A stretch of 40,829 nucleotides of DNA from Methylococcaceae bacterium (lineage in GTDB: Bacteria; Pseudomonadota; Gammaproteobacteria; Methylococcales; Methylococcaceae), in NCBI GenBank assembly GCA_044378425.1, contig JBILXN010000001.1, positions 1 through 40,829 of the forward strand, written 5' to 3'. Positions 28,945-38,644 of this stretch are shown one piece after another (positions within the stretch are counted from its first letter, which is position 1; the number at the start of each line of letters is the position of its first letter). The translations under genes and the position numbers were made by a program. The notes beneath the pieces are model-generated. The model had not been told where the DNA came from. It made no database searches and saw only the letters and a program-made list of their open reading frames with translations.

Positions 28945-29358
28945 ATGAGAATACTCCACACCATGTTGCGCGTAGGCCATCTTGATCGCTCCATCGCCTT
29001 TTACACCGGGGTGTTGGGCATGCGCCTGCTTCGGCGGCAGGATTATCCCGAAGGCCGCTTCACACTAGCTTTCGTCGGTTATCAGGACGAAATAGCAGGC
29101 AGCGTGATAGAACTGACTCATAACTGGGATACCGACCAGTACGATCTGGGGGAAGGATTCGGCCACATTGCCATTGAAGTCGATAGTGCCGCCACGGCCT
29201 GTGACCTGGCGAGGCAAAAAGGCGGTAATGTGGTGCGCGAAGCCGGGCCGATGAAGCACGGCTCAACCATCATCGCCTTTGTTGCCGACCCTGATGGTTA
29301 CAAGATCGAATTCATTGAGAAAGCAGCTGGTTTGCATACCCACTCATTACACCGATGA
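28945..29358 (+). CDS. gloA: Lactoylglutathione lyase (glyoxalase I)
   Basis: [21 protein letters not shown]...ELTHNW...GHIAIEV...GYKIEFIE is the typical GloA pattern. Confidence 0.9.
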   Translation: MRILHTMLRVGHLDRSIAFYTGVLGMRLLRRQDYPEGRFTLAFVGYQDEIAGSVIELTHNWDTDQYDLGEGFGHIAIEVDSAATACDLARQKGGNVVREAGPMKHGSTIIAFVADPDGYKIEFIEKAAGLHTHSLHR

Positions 29359-30392
29359 CCCATGAGATCGAAGTCGCTGTTCTGAAACTCAGGGAAGGTG
29401 GCGTGGTCGCCTTTCCCACCGAGACCGTCTATGGACTGGGGGCCGATGCCTCAAACCCAGCGGCTGTCCGCCGTATATTCGATATAAAGGGGCGGCCGGC
29501 CAATCATCCATTGATCGTTCATCTAGCCGATGTCGCTCAGGTCCCCGACTGGGCCAGAACGGTACCGCAGGAACTGCACCTACTCGCCCGGCATTTCTGG
29601 CCCGGCCCACTCACACTGATCTTGCCGCGTGGCAATGCCCCGCTTGCCGTCACAGGGGGTCAAGACAGCGTTGGCTTGCGGATACCGCAACATCCGGTGG
29701 CTCTGGCCCTGCTGGAGGCTTTTAATGGCGGCATTGCTGCCCCATCAGCCAACCGGTTTGGCCGCGTGAGCCCGACCCGAGCCATTCATGTCGCTCAGGA
29801 ACTGCAGGGGGATGTCGATCTGATTCTGGAGGGTGGCGATTGCGACGTGGGACTTGAGTCCACTATTGTCAGTCTGGTCGGAGATCAACCCCTGCTGCTG
29901 CGGCCGGGCGCGATTGGCCTGCCTGCGCTGGAGGCCGTGCTGGGCAGAGCCGTATCGACCCGGCAAGCCACTGACAATATTAGAGCACCAGGTATGCTGG
30001 AATCGCACTATGCGCCCACAACTCCGCTCTACCTGTCGTCACCCTGTACGCTGCATGATCGCCTTGCTGCGCTAATCACTGCGGGTAGGCGCGTCGCCCT
30101 GATGCACATTCAAACTGATTTGGGTCAGCTTTCTGACCATCCCCTGCTACTAACGCTCGCCATGCCTGACACGGCCGATGCGTATGGCAAGTCGCTCTAC
30201 GCCGCTTTGCGTCAACTGGATCAATCCGTCGTGGATGTTATTGTCGTTGAACGACCACCCGATCATGAAGTGTGGGCGGCTGCCAATGATCGCTTGCGAC
30301 GAGCCAGCCATGGCCACCAGATATTTAGCGAAAGTGGCGCGCTAGCGAGCCCTTTTCAGACACATCAAGGATCCAGGATACTTGCACCATGA
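29355..30392 (+). CDS. tsaC: L-threonylcarbamoyladenylate synthase (YrdC domain plus Sua5 C-terminal domain)
   Basis: YrdC-fold motifs [41 protein letters not shown]. Longer Sua5-type C-terminus. The ATG overlaps the gloA stop (ATGA). Confidence 0.85.
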   Translation: MTHEIEVAVLKLREGGVVAFPTETVYGLGADASNPAAVRRIFDIKGRPANHPLIVHLADVAQVPDWARTVPQELHLLARHFWPGPLTLILPRGNAPLAVTGGQDSVGLRIPQHPVALALLEAFNGGIAAPSANRFGRVSPTRAIHVAQELQGDVDLILEGGDCDVGLESTIVSLVGDQPLLLRPGAIGLPALEAVLGRAVSTRQATDNIRAPGMLESHYAPTTPLYLSSPCTLHDRLAALITAGRRVALMHIQTDLGQLSDHPLLLTLAMPDTADAYGKSLYAALRQLDQSVVDVIVVERPPDHEVWAAANDRLRRASHGHQIFSESGALASPFQTHQGSRILAP

Positions 30393-31741
30393 TGACATTA
30401 GGCCAACTTGCAGCAGCCATTCCTGGATCAACCCTGCAGGGTCCCGCTGAGACCGCTTTTGCCTTAGTGTCAACCGACACCCGGGCACTGCCTCCCGAAT
30501 GCCTGTTTTTTGCTCTAAGGGGCGAACGCTACGATGCCCACGACTTCGCTCATCTTGCCGCCGAAGCCGGCGCGGTAGCCATGGTGGTTGAGCGACCGCT
30601 GCCGCTCACCCTCCCGCAACTCGTCGTCACCGATAGCCGACGTGCCCTGGGGCTGGGCGCCACCGCCTGGCGTAATCGCTATGTGTTGCCGCTGATTGCT
30701 GTAACCGGCAGTAATGGCAAGACCACGGTCACACAAATGCTCGCCAGTATCCTTGCCGCTGCTTCTGGTGATAGGGGTCGGCTTGCGACCAGAGGCAATC
30801 TCAATAACGAGATAGGCGTACCGCAAACCGTGTTTGGCCTCACGACTGAGCATCGTTACGCCGTGGTTGAACTCGGCATGAATCATCCGGGTGAGATTGA
30901 ATATCTGGCGAGGATCGCTCAGCCTACAGTGTCGCTGGTCAACAATGCACAAAGGGAACACCAGGAGTTCATGGGCACAGTAGAAGCCACTGCGCGAGAA
31001 AATGGGGCTGCCATATCTGCTCTGCCCGCCAATGGGATCGCTGTTTTCCCGGCCGATGATGATTGCGCGTTCATATGGCGAGTACTTGCCGGTTCCCGCC
31101 AGGTTATGGACTTCACGCTCTGCGGTGCTGGTGCAGCCGCCGTAACGGCTACTTATGTTTCCGTCAGCGATGGCATCGAACTCACCATCACCACTCCGAG
31201 CGGTCGAATCGAACTAAGACTCGCTTTATCGGGGGCTCATAATGCCCATAACGCAGTTGCTGCGGCCACGAGTGCCCTCGCCGCTGGTGTGGCCATTAGT
31301 GATATAAAACGAGGACTCGAAGCATTTGTCCCGGTTGCCGGCCGGGGGGTATTACTACGTTCCACCGCGGGTGGCAGAGTGATTGATGATAGCTACAACG
31401 CCAATCCGGATTCTGTCATTGCAGCTATTGATCTGTTATCGGGCGTTGGTAAACCGCGCGTACTGATACTCGGCGATATGGGCGAGGTTGGTGAACAGGG
31501 GCCTGATTTTCATGAGGAAATTGGTACCTATGCGAGGCTCAAGGGGATTGATGCGCTGCTAGCCATAGGTGAATTGAGCCGGCATGCGGTAGAAGCCTTC
31601 AATCAGGAGGGTGGTGCGCATTATTCCGAAATTGACGAATTAATTGCCGCCGCTCGGCCCCTGGCAAGCGCCGAGGCGACCGTACTGGTCAAAGGGTCGC
31701 GCTTCATGCGGATGGAGCGCGTCGTAAAATCCCTCTGTTAA
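30389..31741 (+). CDS. murF: UDP-N-acetylmuramoyl-tripeptide--D-alanyl-D-alanine ligase
   Basis: Mur ligase P-loop TGSNGKTT. STDTR and RGERYDAHDF N-terminal motifs. DDSYNANPDS. The ATG overlaps the tsaC stop (ATGA). Confidence 0.9.
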   Translation: MMTLGQLAAAIPGSTLQGPAETAFALVSTDTRALPPECLFFALRGERYDAHDFAHLAAEAGAVAMVVERPLPLTLPQLVVTDSRRALGLGATAWRNRYVLPLIAVTGSNGKTTVTQMLASILAAASGDRGRLATRGNLNNEIGVPQTVFGLTTEHRYAVVELGMNHPGEIEYLARIAQPTVSLVNNAQREHQEFMGTVEATARENGAAISALPANGIAVFPADDDCAFIWRVLAGSRQVMDFTLCGAGAAAVTATYVSVSDGIELTITTPSGRIELRLALSGAHNAHNAVAAATSALAAGVAISDIKRGLEAFVPVAGRGVLLRSTAGGRVIDDSYNANPDSVIAAIDLLSGVGKPRVLILGDMGEVGEQGPDFHEEIGTYARLKGIDALLAIGELSRHAVEAFNQEGGAHYSEIDELIAAARPLASAEATVLVKGSRFMRMERVVKSLC

Positions 31742-31814
31742 TGACATTAACTGCGCAGTACTGAGCGGATCGAACTACTGGCTCAGGCCCATTCTTCCGG
31801 TTACCCGACACACG

Positions 31815-33419
31815 ATGTTTACCCCTGACTCTTCTGGCCTCGATCTTCGCTTCGATAACAAGTATATCCGTGAATTGCCGGGTGATCCTGATACCAGTCC
31901 TAACCGGCGGCAAGTGTATGGCGCCTGTTACTCATATGTAACGCCTTTGACCACCCCCTCACCTCACTTGGTAGCCTTTTCACCTGACCTCGCAACCGAA
32001 TTAGGGCTATCGCCAGAGGCGTGCCGATCGGCAGCATTTGCAGATGTTTTCAGCGGAAATCGACTCCTAGCAGGCATGTCACCCTATGCGACCTGTTACG
32101 GCGGTCATCAATTTGGACAGTGGGCAGGCCAACTCGGCGATGGCCGGGCCATTAATCTCGGGGAAGCCATAACGGAGGCAAAGAGTCGACTGACCTTACA
32201 GCTCAAAGGCGCGGGTCCGACACCTTATTCGCGCTCAGCTGACGGCTTGGCAGTATTGAGGTCCTCTGTCAGGGAGTTTCTCTGTAGTGAGGCCATGCAC
32301 GCTCTTGGGATTCCTACGACACGCGCCCTGAGCCTGGTAGCCACTGGCAGGACGGTTATTCGCGACATGTTTTATGACGGCAGACCCCGGGCCGAGCCGG
32401 GAGCCGTTGTCTGTCGCGTCGCTCCCTCATTCACCAGATTCGGTAACTTTGAGTTATTTGCCGCTCGGGGCGATCGTGAAACCCTTAAACAGTTGGTAGA
32501 TTACACGCTCGATGACAGTTTCCCTGAGCTAGGTTCGCCATGTCCCGACGCTTATGTTGCATGGTTCGATGAGGTTTGCCGAAGGACAGCGCGGCTAATT
32601 GTTGAGTGGCAACGCGTGGGCTTTGTACACGGAGTGATGAATACGGACAACATGTCCATATTGGGCCTCACCATCGATTACGGCCCATACGGTTGGCTGG
32701 ACGATTACGATCCCAACTGGACCCCAAATACTACGGATGCTCACACTCGACGGTATCGGTATGCCAATCAGCCCCAGATTGCTTACTGGAACCTGGTCAA
32801 ACTTGCCAACGCGATATATCCGCTCATTGGTTCCGAACAGGCGCTGCAAGATGCGCTCACTAGTTATACCTTGACTTATAACGCCGCGTGGCAGGACATG
32901 ATGGCCCGAAAATTGGGCCTACCCAAGTATCATCCCGATCTTGATGATCATCTAATATCCGAACTGCTAACGATTCTTGCAGCCGTTGAAACGGATATGA
33001 CCCTTTTCTACCGTCGTCTCGCCTTAATCGATACCCGTATGGTGGACTCTTGCAATGAGTCAATCATAAGCCCACTAACAGAAGCGTATTACAACCCAGA
33101 TCATGTCACGGATGGCGAAAAGGCCACACTAGCACAGTGGCTACGACGTTACCTTGATCGACTCAGGATTACCAATGAGCCAAATAGCGTACGGACAAAT
33201 CGAATGAACTCGACAAATCCCCTTTACATACCGAGGAATTACATTACTCAGGAAGCTATTGATAAGGCTGAAACAGGGGATTATGCAACAATCGAGCAGT
33301 TACTCTCCGTTTTCAAGACACCTTACTGCGAGCAACCCGGTCTGGAGAAACTTGCCGCTAAGCGTCCGGACTGGGCTAGGAATCGGGCCGGTTGCTCGAT
33401 GCTCTCGTGCAGTTCCTAA
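31815..33419 (+). CDS. selO: Protein adenylyltransferase SelO (YdiU/UPF0061)
   Basis: 534 aa with GGHQFGQWAGQLGDGRA, LKGAGPTPYSR, HGVMNTDNMSILGLTIDYGPYGW and the C-terminal MLSCSS. Confidence 0.9.
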   Translation: MFTPDSSGLDLRFDNKYIRELPGDPDTSPNRRQVYGACYSYVTPLTTPSPHLVAFSPDLATELGLSPEACRSAAFADVFSGNRLLAGMSPYATCYGGHQFGQWAGQLGDGRAINLGEAITEAKSRLTLQLKGAGPTPYSRSADGLAVLRSSVREFLCSEAMHALGIPTTRALSLVATGRTVIRDMFYDGRPRAEPGAVVCRVAPSFTRFGNFELFAARGDRETLKQLVDYTLDDSFPELGSPCPDAYVAWFDEVCRRTARLIVEWQRVGFVHGVMNTDNMSILGLTIDYGPYGWLDDYDPNWTPNTTDAHTRRYRYANQPQIAYWNLVKLANAIYPLIGSEQALQDALTSYTLTYNAAWQDMMARKLGLPKYHPDLDDHLISELLTILAAVETDMTLFYRRLALIDTRMVDSCNESIISPLTEAYYNPDHVTDGEKATLAQWLRRYLDRLRITNEPNSVRTNRMNSTNPLYIPRNYITQEAIDKAETGDYATIEQLLSVFKTPYCEQPGLEKLAAKRPDWARNRAGCSMLSCSS

Positions 33420-33772
33420 TGTGGCCTCGGGAAATATGAAGTCAAAGGGAAATCTGGCGATTCCTTTGTGTTGCCGGCCGATAAAGATAGATTTCCCAAC
33501 TCCAGCACTAGCGGAGTTCAACAGAAGCTTTACCTCGATAGAGGGCGTTGGAGTAGGGCTTGGGGTAGGTGTCGATGAAGGGTTAGCTGGCTAAATGGGG
33601 AGGGCTGAAGATGGATGCGTCGTGTTGAAACGACGGGTCCTCGCGCACCCCAATGAGCTGCCAACCGCTGTGCTTAGGTTGATGCGCGCCAGTCACCTGT
33701 ACTTTTCAGGTTTCTTTCCTATAAAATTTGCCTACTTTCAACACATAACATTATAAAAAGAGGCCCCCTATT

Positions 33773-35776
33773 ATGACGCTTGAAGTACGGCTTAGAATAA
33801 TACTTCTTTTACTGTGCGCATTCTGGGTAGGCTTTGCAACCGCAAAGCCTCTAACCATAACAAACATCAGCTTTATCGCAAAAAATAAAAAAATACCGAA
33901 TGTCGCCATGAATCCGGGCGATGAAACCACTATAACGTGGACATTCTCAGAGCCAGTCAAACGTTTTACCATTACTTACACTAATGGATCTATTCTTTCT
34001 CAGCCAATCCCGCTAGATGAGTCCGGTCAGCCAAGCGAACTAGATGGGTATGCAAGAATCTGGACAGCAAGGGTTGTCGGAGTACCGTGGAAAGAATTCT
34101 CCAGCGTTGATTCTTTTGTTTATCAGTCTGCTGATGATATTCTGGCTTCAGACGTTTATGTTGTGCCTTATGCGTTTTGGTATGTGGCAGACAGCGGCCC
34201 CCCCTATGTGAGCACCGCCCCGCTGGACCCTGGCGCCGCTTGGGTACGCGTCGATCGTGAACCCAGCTATGCCAAATGGGGCCCCGACTATAAATCGATT
34301 AGCTTTGATCCGCCGCCGTTGTCAGCCCTGATGCGGCTGAAACAAACTCTGGCGGCAGCCAACATCATCTCCAGCGCAGGGGCCAGCGAAACCACCCTTT
34401 CCGCTAACGCCACATCCCCCACATACGCATTCAATATTGGGAGCTATATTATTCATGTGGTTCCGGGGACCATATCTTCGGGGGGCAGTCAGGTAGCTGC
34501 CACTTTTCAGGCGGGGCTGGACGGGAGCGCACTGACGGTAGTCCCTCACGGAACGGATGCACCGCCCTATCAGGTTCAAGTTTTTGATGCAGGGACCGGG
34601 GAAGCCGTGACGGGTGTGATTGACTTGACGCCCACGACCGGAAGCCAATCTGCCTTCGTTTTGGCAACTCCTCAAAATTCGGGAGTACCGATTGATATCA
34701 CACAGCATGATTTCTCGCCGGACACCACGCTTGACATCAGTGCCGGCACAATTTCGGCTCAGCAACTACAGGTGCCACATCGGACTAGCACAGAGAGCCA
34801 TAATTTGGGTTCTGTACCGAGCATTACGGATATCTCTCAGGCTTCCGGCGACGTGGCGGGTGGGACTGAAGTTATCCTCACAGGATCCAATCTGCTTGAT
34901 GTAACGAGTGTCAAATTTGGGCCAAACAGTGCGGCATCTTTTACCGTAGTGAGCGCGACGGAAGTCAAGGCGTTTAGTCCCGCAGGTGTTGCGGGTACTG
35001 TGGATGTCTCCGTCACATCCGCCGTGGCCACAGACTATCTTCGCAACGCTTTCACCTATACCGGACCATCCTCGGATAAAACGCTATCGAACCTGGTATT
35101 AGATGGCGGCACCTTGTCGCCGCTGTTTACACCAGAGACGGCCCATTACATGACGTCCGTCGCTCATTCGGTGAGCAGCATTACGGTGACGCCGACGGTG
35201 AATGAGCCTCACGCTACAGTCAAGGTGAACACTCGCTCTATAACGAGTGGCTCCCCTTCGGATGCTATTAGCCTTGCGGTAGGGGCCAATACGATCTCGG
35301 TCGAGGTAACCGCTCAGGATGGCCAGACCACAGGCACTTACAACGTGGTCGTCACACGAGCAGCCCCTTCCTCCTCAGGAGAGGGCGGAAGTAGCGTCGA
35401 TCCTGCACCGCCAGTCGATCCAATACCAATGCCAGTGCATCTCCAGACCCGGGATGACACCATCAACACGTGGATCAGTAAGGCGATCAACGGCAATGTG
35501 GCGTCGAACGATACCTTTCCGTCGGGAGCGATATTCTCGCTCGCTACTGATGTCGGCCATGGCAGGCTGGCACTGATGTCAGATGGGGCCTTCAGCTACG
35601 TGCCGATGAAAAAATTCAAAGGCATGGATAGCTTTACCTACAACGTCTGTTCAAGGCAGCTACGAGCAACTGCTCAACATCGACCTCAACGATTAACGTC
35701 GGGATCTACAAACTGGCTCAACATGTGCTGGCACTCTCAGTCAGCAAATGGGAAATACCGCCTCGCGCCTGGGTAA
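33773..35776 (+). CDS. Secreted repeat protein with IPT/TIG, cadherin-like beta-sandwich and Ig-like (VCBS/tandem-repeat type) domains; the reading frame breaks near 35651-35655
   Basis: Signal peptide. IPT-like PSITDISQASGDVAGGTEVILTGSNL. Cadherin-like LSNLVLDGGTLSPLF...GTYNVVVTR. DSFTYNVC is followed by out-of-family sequence in this frame. Confidence 0.7.
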   Translation: MTLEVRLRIILLLLCAFWVGFATAKPLTITNISFIAKNKKIPNVAMNPGDETTITWTFSEPVKRFTITYTNGSILSQPIPLDESGQPSELDGYARIWTARVVGVPWKEFSSVDSFVYQSADDILASDVYVVPYAFWYVADSGPPYVSTAPLDPGAAWVRVDREPSYAKWGPDYKSISFDPPPLSALMRLKQTLAAANIISSAGASETTLSANATSPTYAFNIGSYIIHVVPGTISSGGSQVAATFQAGLDGSALTVVPHGTDAPPYQVQVFDAGTGEAVTGVIDLTPTTGSQSAFVLATPQNSGVPIDITQHDFSPDTTLDISAGTISAQQLQVPHRTSTESHNLGSVPSITDISQASGDVAGGTEVILTGSNLLDVTSVKFGPNSAASFTVVSATEVKAFSPAGVAGTVDVSVTSAVATDYLRNAFTYTGPSSDKTLSNLVLDGGTLSPLFTPETAHYMTSVAHSVSSITVTPTVNEPHATVKVNTRSITSGSPSDAISLAVGANTISVEVTAQDGQTTGTYNVVVTRAAPSSSGEGGSSVDPAPPVDPIPMPVHLQTRDDTINTWISKAINGNVASNDTFPSGAIFSLATDVGHGRLALMSDGAFSYVPMKKFKGMDSFTYNVCSRQLRATAQHRPQRLTSGSTNWLNMCWHSQSANGKYRLAPG

Positions 35777-35991
35777 CATTGAGTGCTCGGGGTGGCGATG
35801 TAAAAACCCCTCCGACCTTCAGAGTCGTTGCCAGCGAAGGCGCCCGGTGTGTGATTCGGGGTCGACGTGCCAATCGCAGGCTTCGGGTAACGGGCTCATC
35901 AGGCGCATCCTGTTCCGTGACTGCCACTAAGCCCGGCAACAAGATCTTCGACGCGGTGACGTCTGATACGGTCACGGTGACGTTGCGGTAA
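35650..35991 (+). CDS. Probable C-terminal continuation of the repeat protein in the other frame (KAATSNCSTSTSTINV ... SCSVTATKPGNKIFDAVTSDTVTVTLR)
   Basis: In the frame with codons starting at 35653, the sequence after FTYNVC reads like the normal end of an Ig-like repeat and then a further Ig-like domain. It stops at 35989-35991, just before a terminator. Confidence 0.5.
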   Translation, partial: FKAATSNCSTSTSTINVGIYKLAQHVLALSVSKWEIPPRAWVTLSARGGDVKTPPTFRVVASEGARCVIRGRRANRRLRVTGSSGASCSVTATKPGNKIFDAVTSDTVTVTLR

Positions 35992-36031
35992 TCGCCGGCC
36001 GGCTTAGAACCCTCTAAAAACCATCTAAATG

Positions 36032-36062
36032 GAACGGACGCCTCGGCGTCCGTTCGGCTTTT
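36032..36062 (+). terminator. Rho-independent terminator after the repeat-protein gene
   Basis: GAACGGACGCC / GGCGTCCGTTC inverted repeat with a very short loop, followed by GGCTTTT. Confidence 0.7.
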
Positions 36063-36206
36063 GGGGTAGGGGTTAAACCGCCATGAACAAACGGGCTCTC
36101 AGACCGACCTCCCTCATCCCCCTATCATTGCGGAGAGCTTTGCCCGTGTTTCAGCCTTTTCGGTCTCGCTCATCCCTTTGATCGTATCGTGCTCTGCTCT
36201 CCCCTA

Positions 36207-37010
36207 GGTCCTGTTAACACATAATAGGGTATAATTCGCGCATGGAAATCAGCGAAACCCAATACGAACAGATCGCCCATTGCCTCCCAGTTCAGCGCGG
36301 TAATGTGCACCTCTCCAACCTTCAGGTACTCAATGCCATTCTGTATGTCGCCGAACAGGGCTGCAAATGGCGGGGACTCCCCATGCATTTTGGACCCTGA
36401 CACACTGTCTATACCCGCATGATGCGCTGGGCCAAAAGCGGCGTCCTGGATCAGGTCTTCGAGGCCCTGCAAGCTCGGCAAATCATCCAGATCAAGATCG
36501 AAGCCGTTTCCCTCGACAGCACGATCATCAAGGTGCACCCCGATGGTACTGGCGCTCAAAAAAAACGGTCCCCAAGCTATCGGCAAATCCCGCGGTGGCT
36601 GGACCACCAAAATTCATCGGGTTGCCGCGAGTGATCGCTGCGCAATCACCTTCAGACTCTCCCCCGGCCAAGATCACGATGCGCCCGCAGGACGCCAGCT
36701 TCTGATCGATTTTGGGCCGATGGCAGAGCCCACCCCGCTGATCATGGACCGCGCCTATGAAGGCGATGAAACACGCCAATTGGCGCTGGGTCTCGGCTAT
36801 GTCCCCGTCGTACCGCCCAAGAGTAATCGTCTGGATCCCTGGGAATACGATAAAGCCATGTATCGAAAGCACAATGAAGTCGAACGGCTGTTTCGCCCAT
36901 TAAAGGGCTTTCGCCGTGTCTTCTCACGCTTTGACAAACTCAATGTCATGTTCGCTGGATTCATCCATTTCGCCCTGATCGTAAACGCGCTCCGCATGTG
37001 TTAACAGACC
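36207..37010 (+). mobile_element. IS5-family insertion sequence (IS427/IS1031-like, about 0.8 kb), probably defective
   Basis: Terminal inverted repeats GGTCCTGTTAACACAT (36207-36222) and ATGTGTTAACAGACC (36996-37010). Flanked by CTA direct repeats (36204-36206 and 37011-37013). Two overlapping DDE transposase ORFs inside. Confidence 0.85.
36242..37004 (+). pseudogene. IS5-family DDE transposase, interrupted
   Basis: orfA (ATG 36242) has an in-frame TGA at 36398-36400 where the family has Trp (FGP*HTVYTRMMRW). orfB (MVLALKKNGPQAIGKSRGGWTTKIH..., to 37004) lies in the +1 frame and overlaps at an A8 run (36558-36565). Confidence 0.75.
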
Positions 37011-37096
37011 CTAATTGGGCTTGCGTCAGACCGGTGCGAGCCCAGCCATTCGGCCACTGCACCGATGGCCGCGAATGCGCACGATCGTATGGATTT

Positions 37097-38230
37097 TCAG
37101 ATGCGCCCGGTTGAATACTCGTCCAATACATAGCGTGTACTGCGCCCACCCGCATCCATTTTCCGCAGCACGCCCCGCGCCAGCAGATCGTTGATGTCAC
37201 GCAGCGCCGTATCCGGCGAACACTTGGCGATGGCAGCCCATTTGCTGCTGGTGAGCTTGCCTTCAAAACCATCAAGCAGTTTGTTGAGTAACTTTACCTG
37301 CCGCTCATTGAACGGCATAGTCGCCCAGTGTTGCCAGAACCGTGTTTTGGTCAGCACAGCGTCAAGCGTATGCTGAGCCTGGTCGACGGCGCGATGGAGC
37401 GTGTCGAGGAACCAGACAAGCCACTCAGTCACATCCATAGAACTCTTTTGGGTCCGCTCCAGGATGTCGTAGTAGGCCTTGCGTTCACGCTGAATCTGCG
37501 CTGACAAACTGTAGAACCGTTGAGGACTGCCGTCCGCACGCGCCAGCAGAAGGTCGCCGATGGCCCGGGCAATACGGCCATTGCCGTCGTCAAATGGATG
37601 CAAGGTGACAAACCAAAGGTGGCATAGGCCGGCCTTAAGTAGTGGTGGTTCGCTCAATGGAGCATTCAGCCAGTCGAGAAAGCAGCTGATTTCGGCTTCA
37701 AGGCGATCGGCAGGCGGTGCCTCGAAATGCACCCGCTGCCGACCAATGGGGCCAGACACCACTTGCATGGGCCCGCTGGCATCGTCGCGCCAGCCGCCGA
37801 CCTTGATCTTGGCTAGACCGGAGTAGCCGGTGGGAAACAGCGCGGCATGCCAGCCGAACAGCCGCTCCCGCGACACACTTGTATCACAGTTAGCGGTCGC
37901 GTCGAGCACCATCTCCACCACACCTTCGACATGACGATCCACCGGAGCGAGCGCGCCGATGTCGACTCCCAGCCGTCGTGCGATAGATGAGCGCACGGAC
38001 TCAACGTTGAGCTGCTCGCCCTCAATTTCGCTAGTCTTGACCACGTCCTCGGTCAACGCGGCCAGGCTTGCCAGGTCACGCAGCGCCATGCCCACGTCGG
38101 CCAGACGCCCTATCAGCAAACCTTGGGCACGACTCACATCCGCCATGGGCCCGGCGAGCGCCGCCAGATCGAAGTGCCAGTTTGGCCAGTCACCCGCCTG
38201 CCAGATGTATTTGTAATCTCCGCTATTCAT
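37097..38230 (-). CDS. Fic family protein (DUF4172-type N-terminus, canonical AMPylase motif, C-terminal wHTH-like region)
   Basis: HPFDDGNGRIAR at nt 37565-37600. Inhibitory-helix-type motif TSEIEG at 38018-38035. N-terminus YIWQAGDWPNWHFD. Confidence 0.9.
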   Translation of the reverse strand: MNSGDYKYIWQAGDWPNWHFDLAALAGPMADVSRAQGLLIGRLADVGMALRDLASLAALTEDVVKTSEIEGEQLNVESVRSSIARRLGVDIGALAPVDRHVEGVVEMVLDATANCDTSVSRERLFGWHAALFPTGYSGLAKIKVGGWRDDASGPMQVVSGPIGRQRVHFEAPPADRLEAEISCFLDWLNAPLSEPPLLKAGLCHLWFVTLHPFDDGNGRIARAIGDLLLARADGSPQRFYSLSAQIQRERKAYYDILERTQKSSMDVTEWLVWFLDTLHRAVDQAQHTLDAVLTKTRFWQHWATMPFNERQVKLLNKLLDGFEGKLTSSKWAAIAKCSPDTALRDINDLLARGVLRKMDAGGRSTRYVLDEYSTGRI

Positions 38231-38257
38231 GCGGGGATTATGGGCGGCATTCTCCGC

Positions 38258-38644
38258 ATGCTCAAGTTATTCACCGCATATTGTGCGGCGATTGATTCCA
38301 TTATTCCCCGTGCGCGACAAAAGTTACCCATCGGGAATTTTGAAACACGCGACGCTCTCATCATTCGTATTGCCACCCCACAAGATCTTGGACATGCCGT
38401 ACGCGCGGCTCGAAAACAGCTCTGTCTCACTCAAGCGCAGCTGTCTCTGGCTGCCGGTGTGGGTTTGCGGTTTATCGTCGATCTGGAGGCAGGCAAGCCC
38501 ACGCGCCGTCTTGAGCATGTAGTGCGTGTCGTCGATTCACTCGATAGCGAATTCAGCTTGAATGGGTTTGCGTCAAGCCATCCGGTCACCGCACCGGCTG
38601 CCGTCAGTGCGCGGACCCAAGAACTCAAGATGGGATACGAGTAG
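38258..38644 (+). CDS. XRE-family HTH protein, HipB/Y4mF antitoxin-like
   Basis: PQDLGHAVRAARKQLCLTQAQLSLAAGVGLRFIVDLEAGKPT is the typical HipB-like HTH. Start uncertain (ATG 38258 or 38240). The tracked start at 38123 lies inside the divergent Fic gene. Confidence 0.7.
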   Translation: MLKLFTAYCAAIDSIIPRARQKLPIGNFETRDALIIRIATPQDLGHAVRAARKQLCLTQAQLSLAAGVGLRFIVDLEAGKPTRRLEHVVRVVDSLDSEFSLNGFASSHPVTAPAAVSARTQELKMGYE

